Source: an uncultured delta proteobacterium (GTDB lineage: Bacteria > Desulfobacterota > Desulfobacteria > Desulfobacterales > Desulfatirhabdiaceae). From it: a stretch of DNA of 64,000 nt. Below, in pieces: positions 1-10,169 of the stretch. Position 1 is the first letter of the stretch. Each line of letters starts with the position of its first letter. The translations under genes were made by a program, and so were the position numbers. The DNA is taken from the NCBI GenBank assembly GCA_963789395.1, contig CAWBKP010000025.1, positions 59,908 to 123,907 of the forward strand. The letters are read 5' to 3'. The notes under the pieces were generated by a model, which saw only the letters and a program-made list of their open reading frames with translations, had not been told where the DNA came from and made no database searches.

Positions 1-351
1 ACTTTTCGAGAGCAGGGGCCGTCCGTGATTCTGCCCCGAAAGTGCAGCGATGTGGAATGGGTGTATGACACGCCTGCAGAGGAGTTCTGCCTTTCCATGT
101 TGACTGTTTCCCCAGGGTTTTACTGGATCAGCCCTGGAAAACGATCCGCTGAGATTCTGTTATGTACACAGGGACATCTTTTACTGGACAGCGGTTCTGG
201 CGATGATCCGATTCACCTGCATAAAGGGGCGTCTGCCGTTATTCCTGCATCGGTTATGGAATATCATCTATCCGGCAGCGGGGTGTGCTATAAAGCATCG
301 GTTCCGGGACCTGCCGGCTTTATGCTTGACAGGCGAGCGGTTGGATCGTAA
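1..351 (+). CDS. manA: Mannose-6-phosphate isomerase class I, C-terminal part (5' truncated by window edge)
   Basis: Frame open from base 1; YDTPAEEF motif and cupin-like C-terminus (ILLCTQG..LHKGASAVIPA); next to rfbA. Confidence 0.7.
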   Translation, partial: TFREQGPSVILPRKCSDVEWVYDTPAEEFCLSMLTVSPGFYWISPGKRSAEILLCTQGHLLLDSGSGDDPIHLHKGASAVIPASVMEYHLSGSGVCYKASVPGPAGFMLDRRAVGS

Positions 352-379
352 AAGATATGAATTGTAGCGCCAATAAAAT

Positions 380-434
380 CGTGAGAGCGTGAAGTTGTGA
401 GGACGGAGCAATTTTGCGATTTCACGCATTCACG
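380..434. repeat. Palindromic intergenic repeat (family B, copy 1)
   Basis: cgtgagagcgtgaa...ttcacgcattcacg inverted repeat (12/14); core 404-430 matches 28529-28555 at 22/27. Confidence 0.5.
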
Positions 435-482
435 TACTTACGACCTGAAGCGTGGTTTTTGACTGAGAATAGGAGTTGATTC

Positions 483-1358
483 ATGATCAAAGGTATCGTT
501 CTTGCCGGTGGTTCCGGCACCCGGCTGTATCCCATTACCCGGGTGGTCAGCAAACAATTGCTGCCGGTTTATGACAAGCCCATGATTTACTATCCCCTGT
601 CCGTGCTGATGCTGGCCGGTATTCGGGATATTCTGCTGATCTCGACACCGGAGGACCTGCCGCAGTTCAAACGGCTTCTGGGAGACGGCTCCCAGATCGG
701 TATTTCCTTGTCCTATGCGGAACAGCCCAGGCCGGAAGGACTGGCCCAGGCGTTTATTATCGGCAAATCTTTTATCGGCAATGATCCGGTCTGCCTGATC
801 CTCGGAGACAACATTTTTTACGGCCACAATCTTTCGGAAATCCTGAAACGGGCGGTGAATCGGGACAGCGGCGGACTGGTATTCGGATATCTTGTCAAAG
901 ACCCGGAGCGTTACGGCGTGGTAGAATTTGATGATGCCGGCAACGTGATCGGCATCGAGGAAAAACCCAAAAAACCCAAATCCAATTATGCGGTTCCAGG
1001 GCTGTATATCTACGACAACGATGTGGTGAAAATCGCCGAAAACCTGAAGCCTTCGGCAAGGGGAGAACTGGAGATCACGGATGTCAATCTGGCATATCTT
1101 CGCAGAGGAGATCTCAGGGTAGAGCTGTTGGGCAGGGGGTTTGCCTGGCTGGACACCGGAACCCATGAGGCGCTTCAGCAGGCTGCAAGTTATGTGGAAG
1201 CCATTCAGGACCGGCAGGGGCTGAAAATTTCCTGTATCGAGGAAATCGCCTACCGTTTGGGGTATATTTCCCGCGAACAGGTCAAAGCCCTGGCATCGGA
1301 TATGATGAAAAACGGCTATGGAGAGTATCTGATGGCAATGATCAGTGAAAACGCCTGA
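483..1358 (+). CDS. rfbA: Glucose-1-phosphate thymidylyltransferase
   Basis: [37 protein letters not shown] and WLDTGT motifs; RBS aggag. Confidence 0.97.
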   Translation: MIKGIVLAGGSGTRLYPITRVVSKQLLPVYDKPMIYYPLSVLMLAGIRDILLISTPEDLPQFKRLLGDGSQIGISLSYAEQPRPEGLAQAFIIGKSFIGNDPVCLILGDNIFYGHNLSEILKRAVNRDSGGLVFGYLVKDPERYGVVEFDDAGNVIGIEEKPKKPKSNYAVPGLYIYDNDVVKIAENLKPSARGELEITDVNLAYLRRGDLRVELLGRGFAWLDTGTHEALQQAASYVEAIQDRQGLKISCIEEIAYRLGYISREQVKALASDMMKNGYGEYLMAMISENA

Positions 1359-1437
1359 TTCTTGGACGGTTTTTCACCTGAATGATCTGGCATCTTATAG
1401 GGATGCCTCAAACTGATCAGACAGCCGCAAGGGATGT

Positions 1438-2244
1438 ATGGAACCACAGCAACCGGATTACAACAGCGCTGTTTTAATCGCCGAAGGGGTTTACTGGGTT
1501 GGATTCTATGACGCCCAGTCCGGGCTTCACTGCAATCCCTATCTGATTGTCGACGGCAATGAGGCTGTGGTTATTGACGGCGGAAGCCGTCCGGATTTTC
1601 CGACAGTCATGATGAAAATCCTGGAAACCGGCATATCTGCCTCATCCATCATCGCCTTGATTTATCAGCATTATGATCCGGATCTGTGTGGAAGCGTGGC
1701 CCATTTTGAAGATATCATCGACCGGTCTGACCTTAAAATTATTTCGCATAAAGAAAACAATATGTTTATCCGGCATTATGCGATATCATCCCGGCTGATT
1801 TCCCACGATGCGATCGGCAGCGAATTTGTATTTTCTTCCGGCCGGAAACTGCAGTTCATCAACACGCCTTATTCGCATTCCGCTGGAAGTTTTGTGACAT
1901 TCGATACCAAAACCCGGGTGCTGTTTAGCAGCGATCTGTTCGGAAGCTACGGGGCAAAGTGGGACCTGTTTTTACACCTGAATCCGGAATGCCGGGAATG
2001 CAATGACTTCGCGCGCTGTGTCCGGGGTGAAAATTACTGCCCGATTCCCGACATTCTCAGGTTCCACCAGCAGATCATGACATCGGAAAAAGCCCTGCGG
2101 TACGCCCTTGGGATCATTGGCGAAATTCCTGCGGGGATGATTGCGCCGCAACATGGCAGCGTTCTGTCCGACCCCCTGGATATCGCTACGGTAAGCCATC
2201 GCCTGATGCTGCTGAAGGGTGTCGGAATCGATCGGATTCTATAA
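1438..2244 (+). CDS. MBL-fold protein, ODP (oxygen-binding di-iron protein)-like
   Basis: CNPYLI, QHYDPD, HSAGS, SSDLFG and APQHGS motifs; no flavodoxin domain. Confidence 0.8.
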   Translation: MEPQQPDYNSAVLIAEGVYWVGFYDAQSGLHCNPYLIVDGNEAVVIDGGSRPDFPTVMMKILETGISASSIIALIYQHYDPDLCGSVAHFEDIIDRSDLKIISHKENNMFIRHYAISSRLISHDAIGSEFVFSSGRKLQFINTPYSHSAGSFVTFDTKTRVLFSSDLFGSYGAKWDLFLHLNPECRECNDFARCVRGENYCPIPDILRFHQQIMTSEKALRYALGIIGEIPAGMIAPQHGSVLSDPLDIATVSHRLMLLKGVGIDRIL

Positions 2245-3206
2245 TGGTTTCGAATAGTTCGTCCTTTCCATTCAAGGATCGTCGCAAGCCGGGCTCGGAT
2301 TCCGTCAGCTGTGTTCAAGAAATCCTGAAATGCCGGGCGATGCTTCAGGATAATCGGTTGCACAACCGGTTTCTCAAGGAACTGGTGACCAAATATTCGC
2401 AGGCTCAGCTTAGACTCACTGCGATGAACCGCAAACTCTCCGAGCAGCGGAGCCGGCTGGATGAAGATCTGCAGGCTGCTGCCGGCATTCAGAAAAGCCT
2501 TCTGCCGCAAACGCCGCCGCGGATTTCCGGCCTGGAAATGGCCTGGCGTTTTGCGCCGTCAGAAATGATTGGCGGAGATGTGTTCAATGTGTTTTTCCTG
2601 GATGAGCACCATCTGGGAATATATGTGCTGGATGTCAGCGGCCATGGTGTTCAGGCGGCATTGGTTACGGTGTCGGTTTCTCAGATGCTGCTCCCCCATA
2701 CCGGGCTGGTGCTTCGGAATAAATCAGCTTCCGGTTATGAAATAACCCCCCCGGGGCAGCTAATGGCGCTTCTGGACAGGGAGTACCCTCTGGAGCGATT
2801 CGATACGTTCTTTTCGATGGTTTATTTTGTACTGGATGTGCGGGATGGCAGTTTTTCCACCTGCAATGCCGGGCATGTTCCGGCGCTTCTGTTTTGCCGA
2901 AACGGCGGGATTGAGACGCTCAATAACAGCGGTACCGTCATCGGACTGGGAGATATGGTTCCGTTTGAGCAGCTTGAAGAAACGCTTTGTCAGGGAGACA
3001 GGTTGCTGCTGTACACGGACGGGGTTACGGACTTTATGAATTCCCGACACGAACTTTTCGGCAAAGACCGGTTCATCGGGATCGCGGATTCGCTGCGGGA
3101 CAGGCCGATTGAGGAAATGGTGGGCGGCATATACGATGCCATGATGGCATTCGGCGACGGATTCCCGATTCAGGATGATGTCAGTATTCTGGGAATAGCC
3201 AGGTAG
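2244..3206 (+). CDS. SpoIIE/RsbU-family PP2C protein phosphatase with N-terminal coiled coil
   Basis: IQKSLLP, GGDVF, DVSGHG, NAGH, YTDG and QDDVS motifs; start overlaps upstream stop. Confidence 0.92.
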   Translation: MVSNSSSFPFKDRRKPGSDSVSCVQEILKCRAMLQDNRLHNRFLKELVTKYSQAQLRLTAMNRKLSEQRSRLDEDLQAAAGIQKSLLPQTPPRISGLEMAWRFAPSEMIGGDVFNVFFLDEHHLGIYVLDVSGHGVQAALVTVSVSQMLLPHTGLVLRNKSASGYEITPPGQLMALLDREYPLERFDTFFSMVYFVLDVRDGSFSTCNAGHVPALLFCRNGGIETLNNSGTVIGLGDMVPFEQLEETLCQGDRLLLYTDGVTDFMNSRHELFGKDRFIGIADSLRDRPIEEMVGGIYDAMMAFGDGFPIQDDVSILGIAR

Positions 3207-3217
3207 TACGACTGCAG

Positions 3218-3447
3218 CGCCTGAATGGAAACTCCATTCAGGCGAAATTCGAATATCGAATATCAAATCCGAAACAAATTCAAAATTCGAATATCAAAAA
3301 CGATTGATTTGATAATACACCGTTTTGAGAATGATGATTTTTTGTCATTGTTTCGAATTTCGTGCTTCGGATTTCGAGTTTATGAATGTTTGGTCATTGG
3401 TTCGGATGCCGGATTATTAAAGGAAACTGGGTTTCCATTCAGACATT
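3218..3447. repeat. MITE-like palindromic element (family A, copy 1)
   Basis: 12-bp hairpin cgcctgaatgga/tccattcaggcg; terminal IR ctgaatggaaac (3221-3232)/gtttccattcag (3431-3442); 7-bp periodic interior; homologous to 10170-10347. Confidence 0.75.
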
Positions 3448-3458
3448 AAGGAGGATAT

Positions 3459-4493
3459 ATGAAAACCGGTTGTTATACTGCATTGATCACCCCTTTTAAC
3501 GGGGAAAGGGTGGATGTCGCTGGCATTGAAAAACTGGTCAACTACCAGATTCAAAGCGGCATAACCGGCGTTCTGGCTGTTGGAACCACCGGCGAAAGTC
3601 CTGCGCTCAGCTGGGAAGAACATCATCAGGTAACGCAGGTGATTGCATCCGCATGCAAGGGAAAATGCCTTTGCATTGCTGGCACCGGCAGCAACAATAC
3701 CCAGGAGGCACTTGAAGCCTCCCGTCACGCGGTGAATCTGGGAGTGGACGGCCTGCTGCTGGTGGATCCGTATTACAACGGCCCCAGCTCTCTCGAAATT
3801 CGAAAGGAATATGTGGAGCCTGTGGCCGCGGCTTTTCCCGATACCCAGGTAATCCCCTATGTGATTCCGGGACGGACCGGAACACAGCTTCTGCCGCAAG
3901 ACCTGGCCATCGCGTACAAGGCTTATCCCAATGTGGCGACTGTCAAGGAGGCCACCGGCAACCTGGACAACATGCGGCTGACCCGAAAATGCTGCGGGCC
4001 GGACTATACCATTTTGTCCGGCGATGATGCTTTGACCTATGACATGATGACGGATTCCGGGATTTTGGCAGGGGGCGCCATTTCAGTAATGTCCAATGTG
4101 GTGCCGGCTGCAATGGCGAAATTGGTTCGCCTGCTGGTTGAGAAAGACAATTCCGAAGCCATGAAGCTGAAAAATGCACTGGATCCCTTGTTTGAGCTGG
4201 TTACTGTGAAAACATCTGAGGCAACGCCTTATGGGGATGTGGTTTTCCGGGCCAGGAATCCTCTGGCCATCAAGACGTTGATGGCGATTCTGGGAATGCC
4301 TTCCGGTGGATGCCGCAGGCCTCTGGGGAAAATGACGCAAACAGGTCTGGAAAAAATTCTGAGCGCCGCAAGAGCCGTTCAGAAAGACAATCCGGAACTG
4401 CTCCAACCCGTGGCCGAATTTTTCGGCGTCAATATCGCCGAACGCCTGAACACGCCGGTTTACTGGAAAGGCCTGGCCTATGACAGGTATTGA
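3459..4493 (+). CDS. dapA: 4-hydroxy-tetrahydrodipicolinate synthase
   Basis: GTTGES, GTGSNNT, PYYN, PGRTG, KEATG (Schiff-base Lys) and SGDD motifs; RBS aaggagg. Confidence 0.9.
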   Translation: MKTGCYTALITPFNGERVDVAGIEKLVNYQIQSGITGVLAVGTTGESPALSWEEHHQVTQVIASACKGKCLCIAGTGSNNTQEALEASRHAVNLGVDGLLLVDPYYNGPSSLEIRKEYVEPVAAAFPDTQVIPYVIPGRTGTQLLPQDLAIAYKAYPNVATVKEATGNLDNMRLTRKCCGPDYTILSGDDALTYDMMTDSGILAGGAISVMSNVVPAAMAKLVRLLVEKDNSEAMKLKNALDPLFELVTVKTSEATPYGDVVFRARNPLAIKTLMAILGMPSGGCRRPLGKMTQTGLEKILSAARAVQKDNPELLQPVAEFFGVNIAERLNTPVYWKGLAYDRY

Positions 4494-4842
4494 CCGATAA
4501 ACGCCGGGGTCCAAAAGACTCCTGCGCCTTACAAATCCTTGGGGTGCGGGCTTTGCTGCCCGCCTCGCAGGAATTCCCAAACCAGAACTCCCGCAGAAAA
4601 TCGCCTCCTCACTGCGTCCGCATTGGATCATCGGTCCATGGCCATCCCCTTTTGACTGTTTCCAGTTCGTCCCTACTCTCAATTCGGGGCGTTTCTGTGA
4701 GAATCGGAGGATGGCCCTTAATCTTCAGCCTGAGCCACAAAATGGACCGCAAAATTCTGTTAATAGATATTGATAATCGAGATGTGATATTTTAAAATGC
4801 ATATTTCAATTAACTTTTTTAATTTTCAACAGGTGCCCTCAG

Positions 4843-6039
4843 ATGTTCAACATGGAATTCCGAAAGATGTGGATATGGCTGCTATGCGTTTTGGCGTTGG
4901 CAACGACGGCATGTTCGTCTCAGGTGCCGGAGGCATCGAATGCTAAGCCGGGCCAGCGCAAACAGTCCGACGTTAAACGTCCGGTTCCGGTGCTGGCCGC
5001 TCAGGCGGTTCAAAAGGACTTTCCGCTTGAAATACGGGCCATCGGAAATGTGGAATCCTATGCCACAGTGGCCATCAAGGCCAGGGTCACCGGAGAGCTT
5101 CAGAAAATTCATTTCAAGGAAGGTCAGGAAGTCGCAAAAGGCGATCTGCTGTTTACCATAGATCCCCGGCCGCTTGAAGCCACGCTTCGCGAGGCCAGGG
5201 CCCGCCTTGAAAAAGACAAGGCTTTGGCGGAAAAGGCCGAGGCGGATAACCGGCGTTACGAAAATCTGGTTCAGGGCGGATTCGTCAGCCGGGAACAATT
5301 CGATCAGATCCGCTCCAATCTCAGTTCCCTCCAGGCGACGGTTCTGGGGGATGAGGCCGTGGTTGAAAACGCCAAACTTCAACTTGGTTATACCGCCATT
5401 TATTCCCCGATATCGGGCCGTACCGGAACGATCCTGATTGATCAGGGGAATATGATCAAGGCCAATGATGACAACAAAAGCCTGGTTGTCATTGAACAGG
5501 TTCAGCCGATTTATGTCAGTTTTTCTGTACCCGAGTCGTATCTGCCTCAAATTCTGGAACGTATGAAAGGCCGGGATCTGGCAGTGACTGCCCTGCCGGA
5601 CGGGTCACCGAACGGACCGGATACAGGCAAACTGACTTTTGTGGATAATTCCGTTGATTCCAAAACCGGGACGATCCGGCTGAAAGGCACGTTTGATAAC
5701 CCGTCAAGACGGCTGTGGCCCGGTCAGTTTGTCACTGTCGCGCTGACACTTGGAAGACTTCAAAATGTGGTGACGGTTCCTTCCCAGGCGGTTCAGACCG
5801 GCGAAAGCGGTCTGTTTGTCTTTGTCATCACGCCGGAAAACACGGTGCAGTTAAAACCGGTCAAAACCGGAAGATCGTATGGCGGCGAAACCATCATCGA
5901 AAGCGGGATATCGGCAGGAGAACAGGTTGTGACGGACGGTCATCTGCGCCTGACTCCCGGTGCGCCTGTGGAGATAGCCTCGGACCTGAAACCCGGTTCC
6001 AATTTGTCACAGCCCGCCAGCAAAGAGGCCAGATCGTGA
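4843..6039 (+). CDS. RND efflux periplasmic adaptor (MdtA-like), probable lipoprotein
   Basis: Lipobox-like TTAC; IDPRP, SPISGRTG, DSKTGTIRLKG and LWPGQFV motifs. Confidence 0.92.
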   Translation: MFNMEFRKMWIWLLCVLALATTACSSQVPEASNAKPGQRKQSDVKRPVPVLAAQAVQKDFPLEIRAIGNVESYATVAIKARVTGELQKIHFKEGQEVAKGDLLFTIDPRPLEATLREARARLEKDKALAEKAEADNRRYENLVQGGFVSREQFDQIRSNLSSLQATVLGDEAVVENAKLQLGYTAIYSPISGRTGTILIDQGNMIKANDDNKSLVVIEQVQPIYVSFSVPESYLPQILERMKGRDLAVTALPDGSPNGPDTGKLTFVDNSVDSKTGTIRLKGTFDNPSRRLWPGQFVTVALTLGRLQNVVTVPSQAVQTGESGLFVFVITPENTVQLKPVKTGRSYGGETIIESGISAGEQVVTDGHLRLTPGAPVEIASDLKPGSNLSQPASKEARS

Positions 6040-9000
6040 ATATTGCCAGACTTTTTATCGGAAGGCCGGTAATGACCACACTGGTCATGGCCGGGCTGCT
6101 TGTTTTCGGGGTGATGGCTTATCGGGTGCTGCCGGTCAGCGATCTGCCGAATGTGGATTTCCCGACAATTCAGGTGACCGCCAGGCTTCCCGGAGCCAAT
6201 CCCGATACCATGGCAGCCAGCGTTGCCACGCCATTGGAGCGGGAGTTTTCTACCATTGCCGGTATTGACTCCATGTCATCTTCCAGTACGCTTGGCATCA
6301 CGCGGATAACGATTCAGTTCAGCCTGGACAGAAGTATCGATGCCGCCGCCCAGGACGTTCAATCCGCCATTGCCAAGGCCGCCCGGAAACTGCCGCCGGA
6401 TATGCCGACGCCGCCGACCTACCAGAAGGTGAATCCCGCGGATTCACCCGTATTTTACCTGGCACTGTCTTCTCCCACCTTGCCGCTGTCTGCGGTGAAT
6501 GAATACGCGGACACCATGATCGCCCAGCGGATATCCATGCTGAGCGGCGTGGCCCAGGTCAACATTTACGGTGCCAAAAAATATGCGGTGCGGGTGCAGC
6601 TGGACCCCAAGGCCATGGCTTCCCGGGGAATCGGCATTGATGAGGTTCAAAAGGCGATTTCGCAGGGCAACGTGAATCTGCCGACCGGCACCCTCTACGG
6701 TGAACACCAGGCCTTCAATATTCAGACCAGTGGCCAGCTCATGGATGCCAGAAGCTTCCGGCCGCTGATCGTGTCCTGGCGAAACGGCTCTCCGATCCGA
6801 CTTGAAGAAATCGGCACGGTCTCAGACAGCGTTGAAAGCGATAAAAGCATCACCTGGCGTAATAATGTCCGCTCCATAGTGCTTGCCATTCAGCGCCAGC
6901 CCGGAACCAACACCGTTGCCGTAGTCAATGAAATCCGAAAACTTCTTCCCGTATTTGAAAAACAGCTTCCCGCGGCGGTCGAGCTTTCGGTCATGATCGA
7001 CCGTTCCGAATCCATCCGCGATTCGGTCAATGATGTCAAATTTACGCTCACGCTCACGATCTGCCTGGTCATTCTGGTTATTTTCATCTTTCTGAGAAGC
7101 CTGTCCGCCACCCTCATTCCCAGCATGGCGCTTCCCATGTCCATTATTGTGACATTCGCAGCCATGTATCTGATGGGATTCAGCGTGGACAACCTGTCGC
7201 TGATGGCGCTGACCCTTGCGGTCGGATTCGTGGTGGATGACGCCATCGTGATGCTGGAGAATATCGTCCGGCATCTGGAGATGGGAAAGGGCGTTCTTCA
7301 GGCATCACTGGACGGGTCCCGGGAAATCAGCTTCACCATTGTTTCCATGACCATTTCCCTGGCGGCGGTATTTATTCCGGTGCTGTTCATGGGCGGGATT
7401 GTCGGCAGACTGTTCCGGGAATTTTCTCTGGTCATTACCGTGGCCATTCTCTTATCCGGATTCGTATCGCTGAGTCTCACCCCCATGCTGTGCAGCCTTT
7501 TTTTAAGGCCCAGACAGGAAGTGCATCACGGCCGGATTTATATGGCGACAGAGTCTTTTTTCAACGGCATGCTCTGGCTGTATGAAAAAACCTTAAAAGG
7601 CGCTCTGCGGTTGCACTGGTTGACGTTTCTGATATCGGTGGTTGTGTTGATCGCCACCGTCCAGCTGTTCCGTATCAGTCCCAAGGGGTTTTTGCCCAGC
7701 GAGGATATCGGCCAGATCATGGGGTTTACCGAGGCATCCCAGGACATATCCTTTGATTCGATGGTACGTCACCAGTCGGCCCTGCACGAGATTCTGGCAG
7801 CAGAACCGGCCATTGAAACCTATATGTCTTCCGTGGGTGCAGGGGGGCCGAATGCTTCCGGAAATTCCGGCAGGTTTTTCATGCGCCTGAAGCCCCGCCG
7901 CGAGCGAAAGGAAAGCGCGGATGAGCTGATCCAGAAGCTCCGGCCCAAACTGGCGAACGTGCCGGGAATTCAGGCGTTTTTAATGAATCCGCCTGCCATC
8001 AACATCGGCGGAAGGGCCACCAAGGGGCTGTATCAATACACATTGCAGGGGCCGGATACGGACGAGTTGTACCGCGTTGCCGTGGTACTCGAGAAAAAGA
8101 TGAAAGAGATGTCCAATATCCAGGATGTCAACAGTGATCTTCAGATGAAGAACCCGGAAATTCGCATTGATATCAACCGGGACAAGGCATCCGCCCTGGG
8201 AATTACGGCCGGCCAGATTGAAAGCGCCCTGCAAAACGCTTACGGTTCAAACCAGGTGTCTACCATATACGCGCCGACCGACAGCTATCAGGTGATCATG
8301 GAACTCCAGCCCCAGTATCAGAGAGAGCCGTCCGCCCTGTCACTGCTCTACATCCGGTCTGCCGGCGGGAGCCTGGTACCACTGGATACGGTAGCCACGT
8401 TGACCTCGGGTGTGGGACCGCTTTCGGTCAATCATTCCGGACAGTTTCCGTCCGTTACCATTTCATTCAATCTCAAGCCCGAGGTGTCACTCGGGGATGC
8501 GGTTTCCGAAGTCGAATCGTTTGCGCGTACCCTGCTTCCGGCAACGATCAGCGGCAATTTTCAGGGAACGGCACAGGCGTTTCAGTCCTCTTTCAAGGGA
8601 ATGGTGGGGCTGCTGGTGATGGCCATACTGGTCATCTACATTGTTCTGGGAATTCTTTACGAAAGCTTCATTCATCCGCTGACCATTCTATCCGGACTGC
8701 CTTCCGCGGGGTTCGGTGCGCTCCTGACCCTGTACATCTTTAAAGTGGACCTTAGCCTGTATGCATTTGTCGGGATTATCATGCTGATCGGAATCGTGAA
8801 GAAAAACGCCATCATGATGATCGACTTTGCACTGGAGGCGGAGCGCAGGGAAAATAAAAGTCCCCGGGATGCGATTGTCGAAGGATGCCTGGTCCGGTTC
8901 AGGCCCATCATGATGACCACCATGGCAGCCATCATGGGGACACTGCCCATCGCCATCGGATTCGGGGCAGGCGCCGAAGCCAGGCGGCCGCTCGGGCTTG

Positions 9001-9152
9001 CCGTGGTCGGCGGGCTGGTATTTTCCCAACTCCTGACCCTTTACATCACTCCGGTGTATTATATTTACCTGGATACGCTGAAGAAAAGAGTGCAAACATT
9101 TTTTGCAAGGCACTCTTTAAACGTGCCGGATACACAGGCGCCGCTGGGGTGA
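6036..9152 (+). CDS. RND efflux permease (MdtB/MdtC-like)
   Basis: GTG start overlapping adaptor stop; FIGRPVMTTL, VVDDAIVMLENI, GIVKKNAIMMIDFA and RFRPIMMTT motifs. Confidence 0.93.
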   Translation: MNIARLFIGRPVMTTLVMAGLLVFGVMAYRVLPVSDLPNVDFPTIQVTARLPGANPDTMAASVATPLEREFSTIAGIDSMSSSSTLGITRITIQFSLDRSIDAAAQDVQSAIAKAARKLPPDMPTPPTYQKVNPADSPVFYLALSSPTLPLSAVNEYADTMIAQRISMLSGVAQVNIYGAKKYAVRVQLDPKAMASRGIGIDEVQKAISQGNVNLPTGTLYGEHQAFNIQTSGQLMDARSFRPLIVSWRNGSPIRLEEIGTVSDSVESDKSITWRNNVRSIVLAIQRQPGTNTVAVVNEIRKLLPVFEKQLPAAVELSVMIDRSESIRDSVNDVKFTLTLTICLVILVIFIFLRSLSATLIPSMALPMSIIVTFAAMYLMGFSVDNLSLMALTLAVGFVVDDAIVMLENIVRHLEMGKGVLQASLDGSREISFTIVSMTISLAAVFIPVLFMGGIVGRLFREFSLVITVAILLSGFVSLSLTPMLCSLFLRPRQEVHHGRIYMATESFFNGMLWLYEKTLKGALRLHWLTFLISVVVLIATVQLFRISPKGFLPSEDIGQIMGFTEASQDISFDSMVRHQSALHEILAAEPAIETYMSSVGAGGPNASGNSGRFFMRLKPRRERKESADELIQKLRPKLANVPGIQAFLMNPPAINIGGRATKGLYQYTLQGPDTDELYRVAVVLEKKMKEMSNIQDVNSDLQMKNPEIRIDINRDKASALGITAGQIESALQNAYGSNQVSTIYAPTDSYQVIMELQPQYQREPSALSLLYIRSAGGSLVPLDTVATLTSGVGPLSVNHSGQFPSVTISFNLKPEVSLGDAVSEVESFARTLLPATISGNFQGTAQAFQSSFKGMVGLLVMAILVIYIVLGILYESFIHPLTILSGLPSAGFGALLTLYIFKVDLSLYAFVGIIMLIGIVKKNAIMMIDFALEAERRENKSPRDAIVEGCLVRFRPIMMTTMAAIMGTLPIAIGFGAGAEARRPLGLAVVGGLVFSQLLTLYITPVYYIYLDTLKKRVQTFFARHSLNVPDTQAPLG

Positions 9153-9871
9153 TTTTGTCGATCGACGCTATATAAGCGGCGACACCCGGCCAGTTTTCGC
9201 CGGTTTTCAATGAAGCGTTTGTCTTTAAACCCGGGTTTCCAGGTCAGGCTGGAAAGATCATCGGAAACAACCAGAATCGCCGAAAGTGCTACCCCCAGAA
9301 ATGCGGATACCGTGAACAGGGCGGACAGCTCCATTTCAACGGCAAGGACGCCTTGATTCTGAAAATGCAGCACCTTTTCGGGTGTTTCCCGAAAAATGGC
9401 ATCCGTTGTCCAGATGGCGCCTTCGTGAAATGAAATAGATTCTTTTTTCAGCAGATCCGTGATGCTGCGGGTCAGGGGAATAGACGGCCGTGCGGTTGGG
9501 CCGGGTTGGGGTGTGTAAGCCCGTGATGTGCCTTCGTCAATCCAGGCCAGGTTGGGAACAAGAATATCCCCGATTGAAAGGGCTGAAGAAATGGCGCCGC
9601 ACCAGCCCAGGAAAAAGATTTGCCTTGCGCCCCATGCAGCCAGAGTTTCCAGGATCATGACGGCATAGGGCGCGCCCATCAGCGGGCCGGATAGAAAAAT
9701 GCCGTCATCCCGGATATAAAGCTGGCTCATGTAAAGGGACCTGGGGCGCCGGTCCCCCAGTTCCAGGGCAGCCGTCAATGCCGGCAGATCGGTCCGGGTT
9801 GCGGACAGCACCCCCAGCGGACCCGTCCGGGGGGTGTTGGGGGTGACAATGGGCTGGACAATGCCTTCCAT
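9065..9871 (-). CDS. Nucleoside phosphorylase (PNP/UDP family); 3' end uncertain because it overlaps the RND gene
   Basis: GWCGAI, IDEGTS, WTTDAIFRET and VEMELSALF motifs. Confidence 0.85.
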   Translation of the reverse strand: MEGIVQPIVTPNTPRTGPLGVLSATRTDLPALTAALELGDRRPRSLYMSQLYIRDDGIFLSGPLMGAPYAVMILETLAAWGARQIFFLGWCGAISSALSIGDILVPNLAWIDEGTSRAYTPQPGPTARPSIPLTRSITDLLKKESISFHEGAIWTTDAIFRETPEKVLHFQNQGVLAVEMELSALFTVSAFLGVALSAILVVSDDLSSLTWKPGFKDKRFIENRRKLAGCRRLYSVDRQNHPSGACVSGTFKECLAKNVCTLFFSVSR

Positions 9872-10125
9872 TATTCCGGGCTGACTCGTTTGGCCATTTC
9901 TTCCTTGATTTCATCAATCAACTCGTAAAGCCACATGACATCCTCCATGGTCAGACGTCCGGCCTTGGCCGGCGCGCGCTGCCCGCCTTCTTTCTTATTC
10001 AGAATGCGGGGCCCGATCTGGAGTTTGGGCTGTCCTTTGTCATATTGATTGATTGAAATGATCAGGCCGGTTTCTTCGCATTTCCAGGCCTTCAGAACTT
10101 TGTCTTTTTCAGGATCAAACGCCAT
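9871..10125 (-). CDS. Small hypothetical protein (84 aa)
   Basis: RBS ggagga; stop overlaps next start; protein-like composition. Confidence 0.75.
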   Translation of the reverse strand: MAFDPEKDKVLKAWKCEETGLIISINQYDKGQPKLQIGPRILNKKEGGQRAPAKAGRLTMEDVMWLYELIDEIKEEMAKRVSPE

Positions 10126-10169
10126 CTGTACTCCTCCATAAAAATATATTTATCATAACCATACAATAA

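Noticed and set aside
3218..3447. CRISPR array or real 74-aa ORF (3225-3449)
   Set aside because: There are no identical repeats with unique spacers and no cas genes; the ORF is a by-product of the palindromic repeat.
5715..6035. N-terminal extension of the RND permease
   Set aside because: It overlaps the adaptor gene out of frame; homology starts at GTG 6036.
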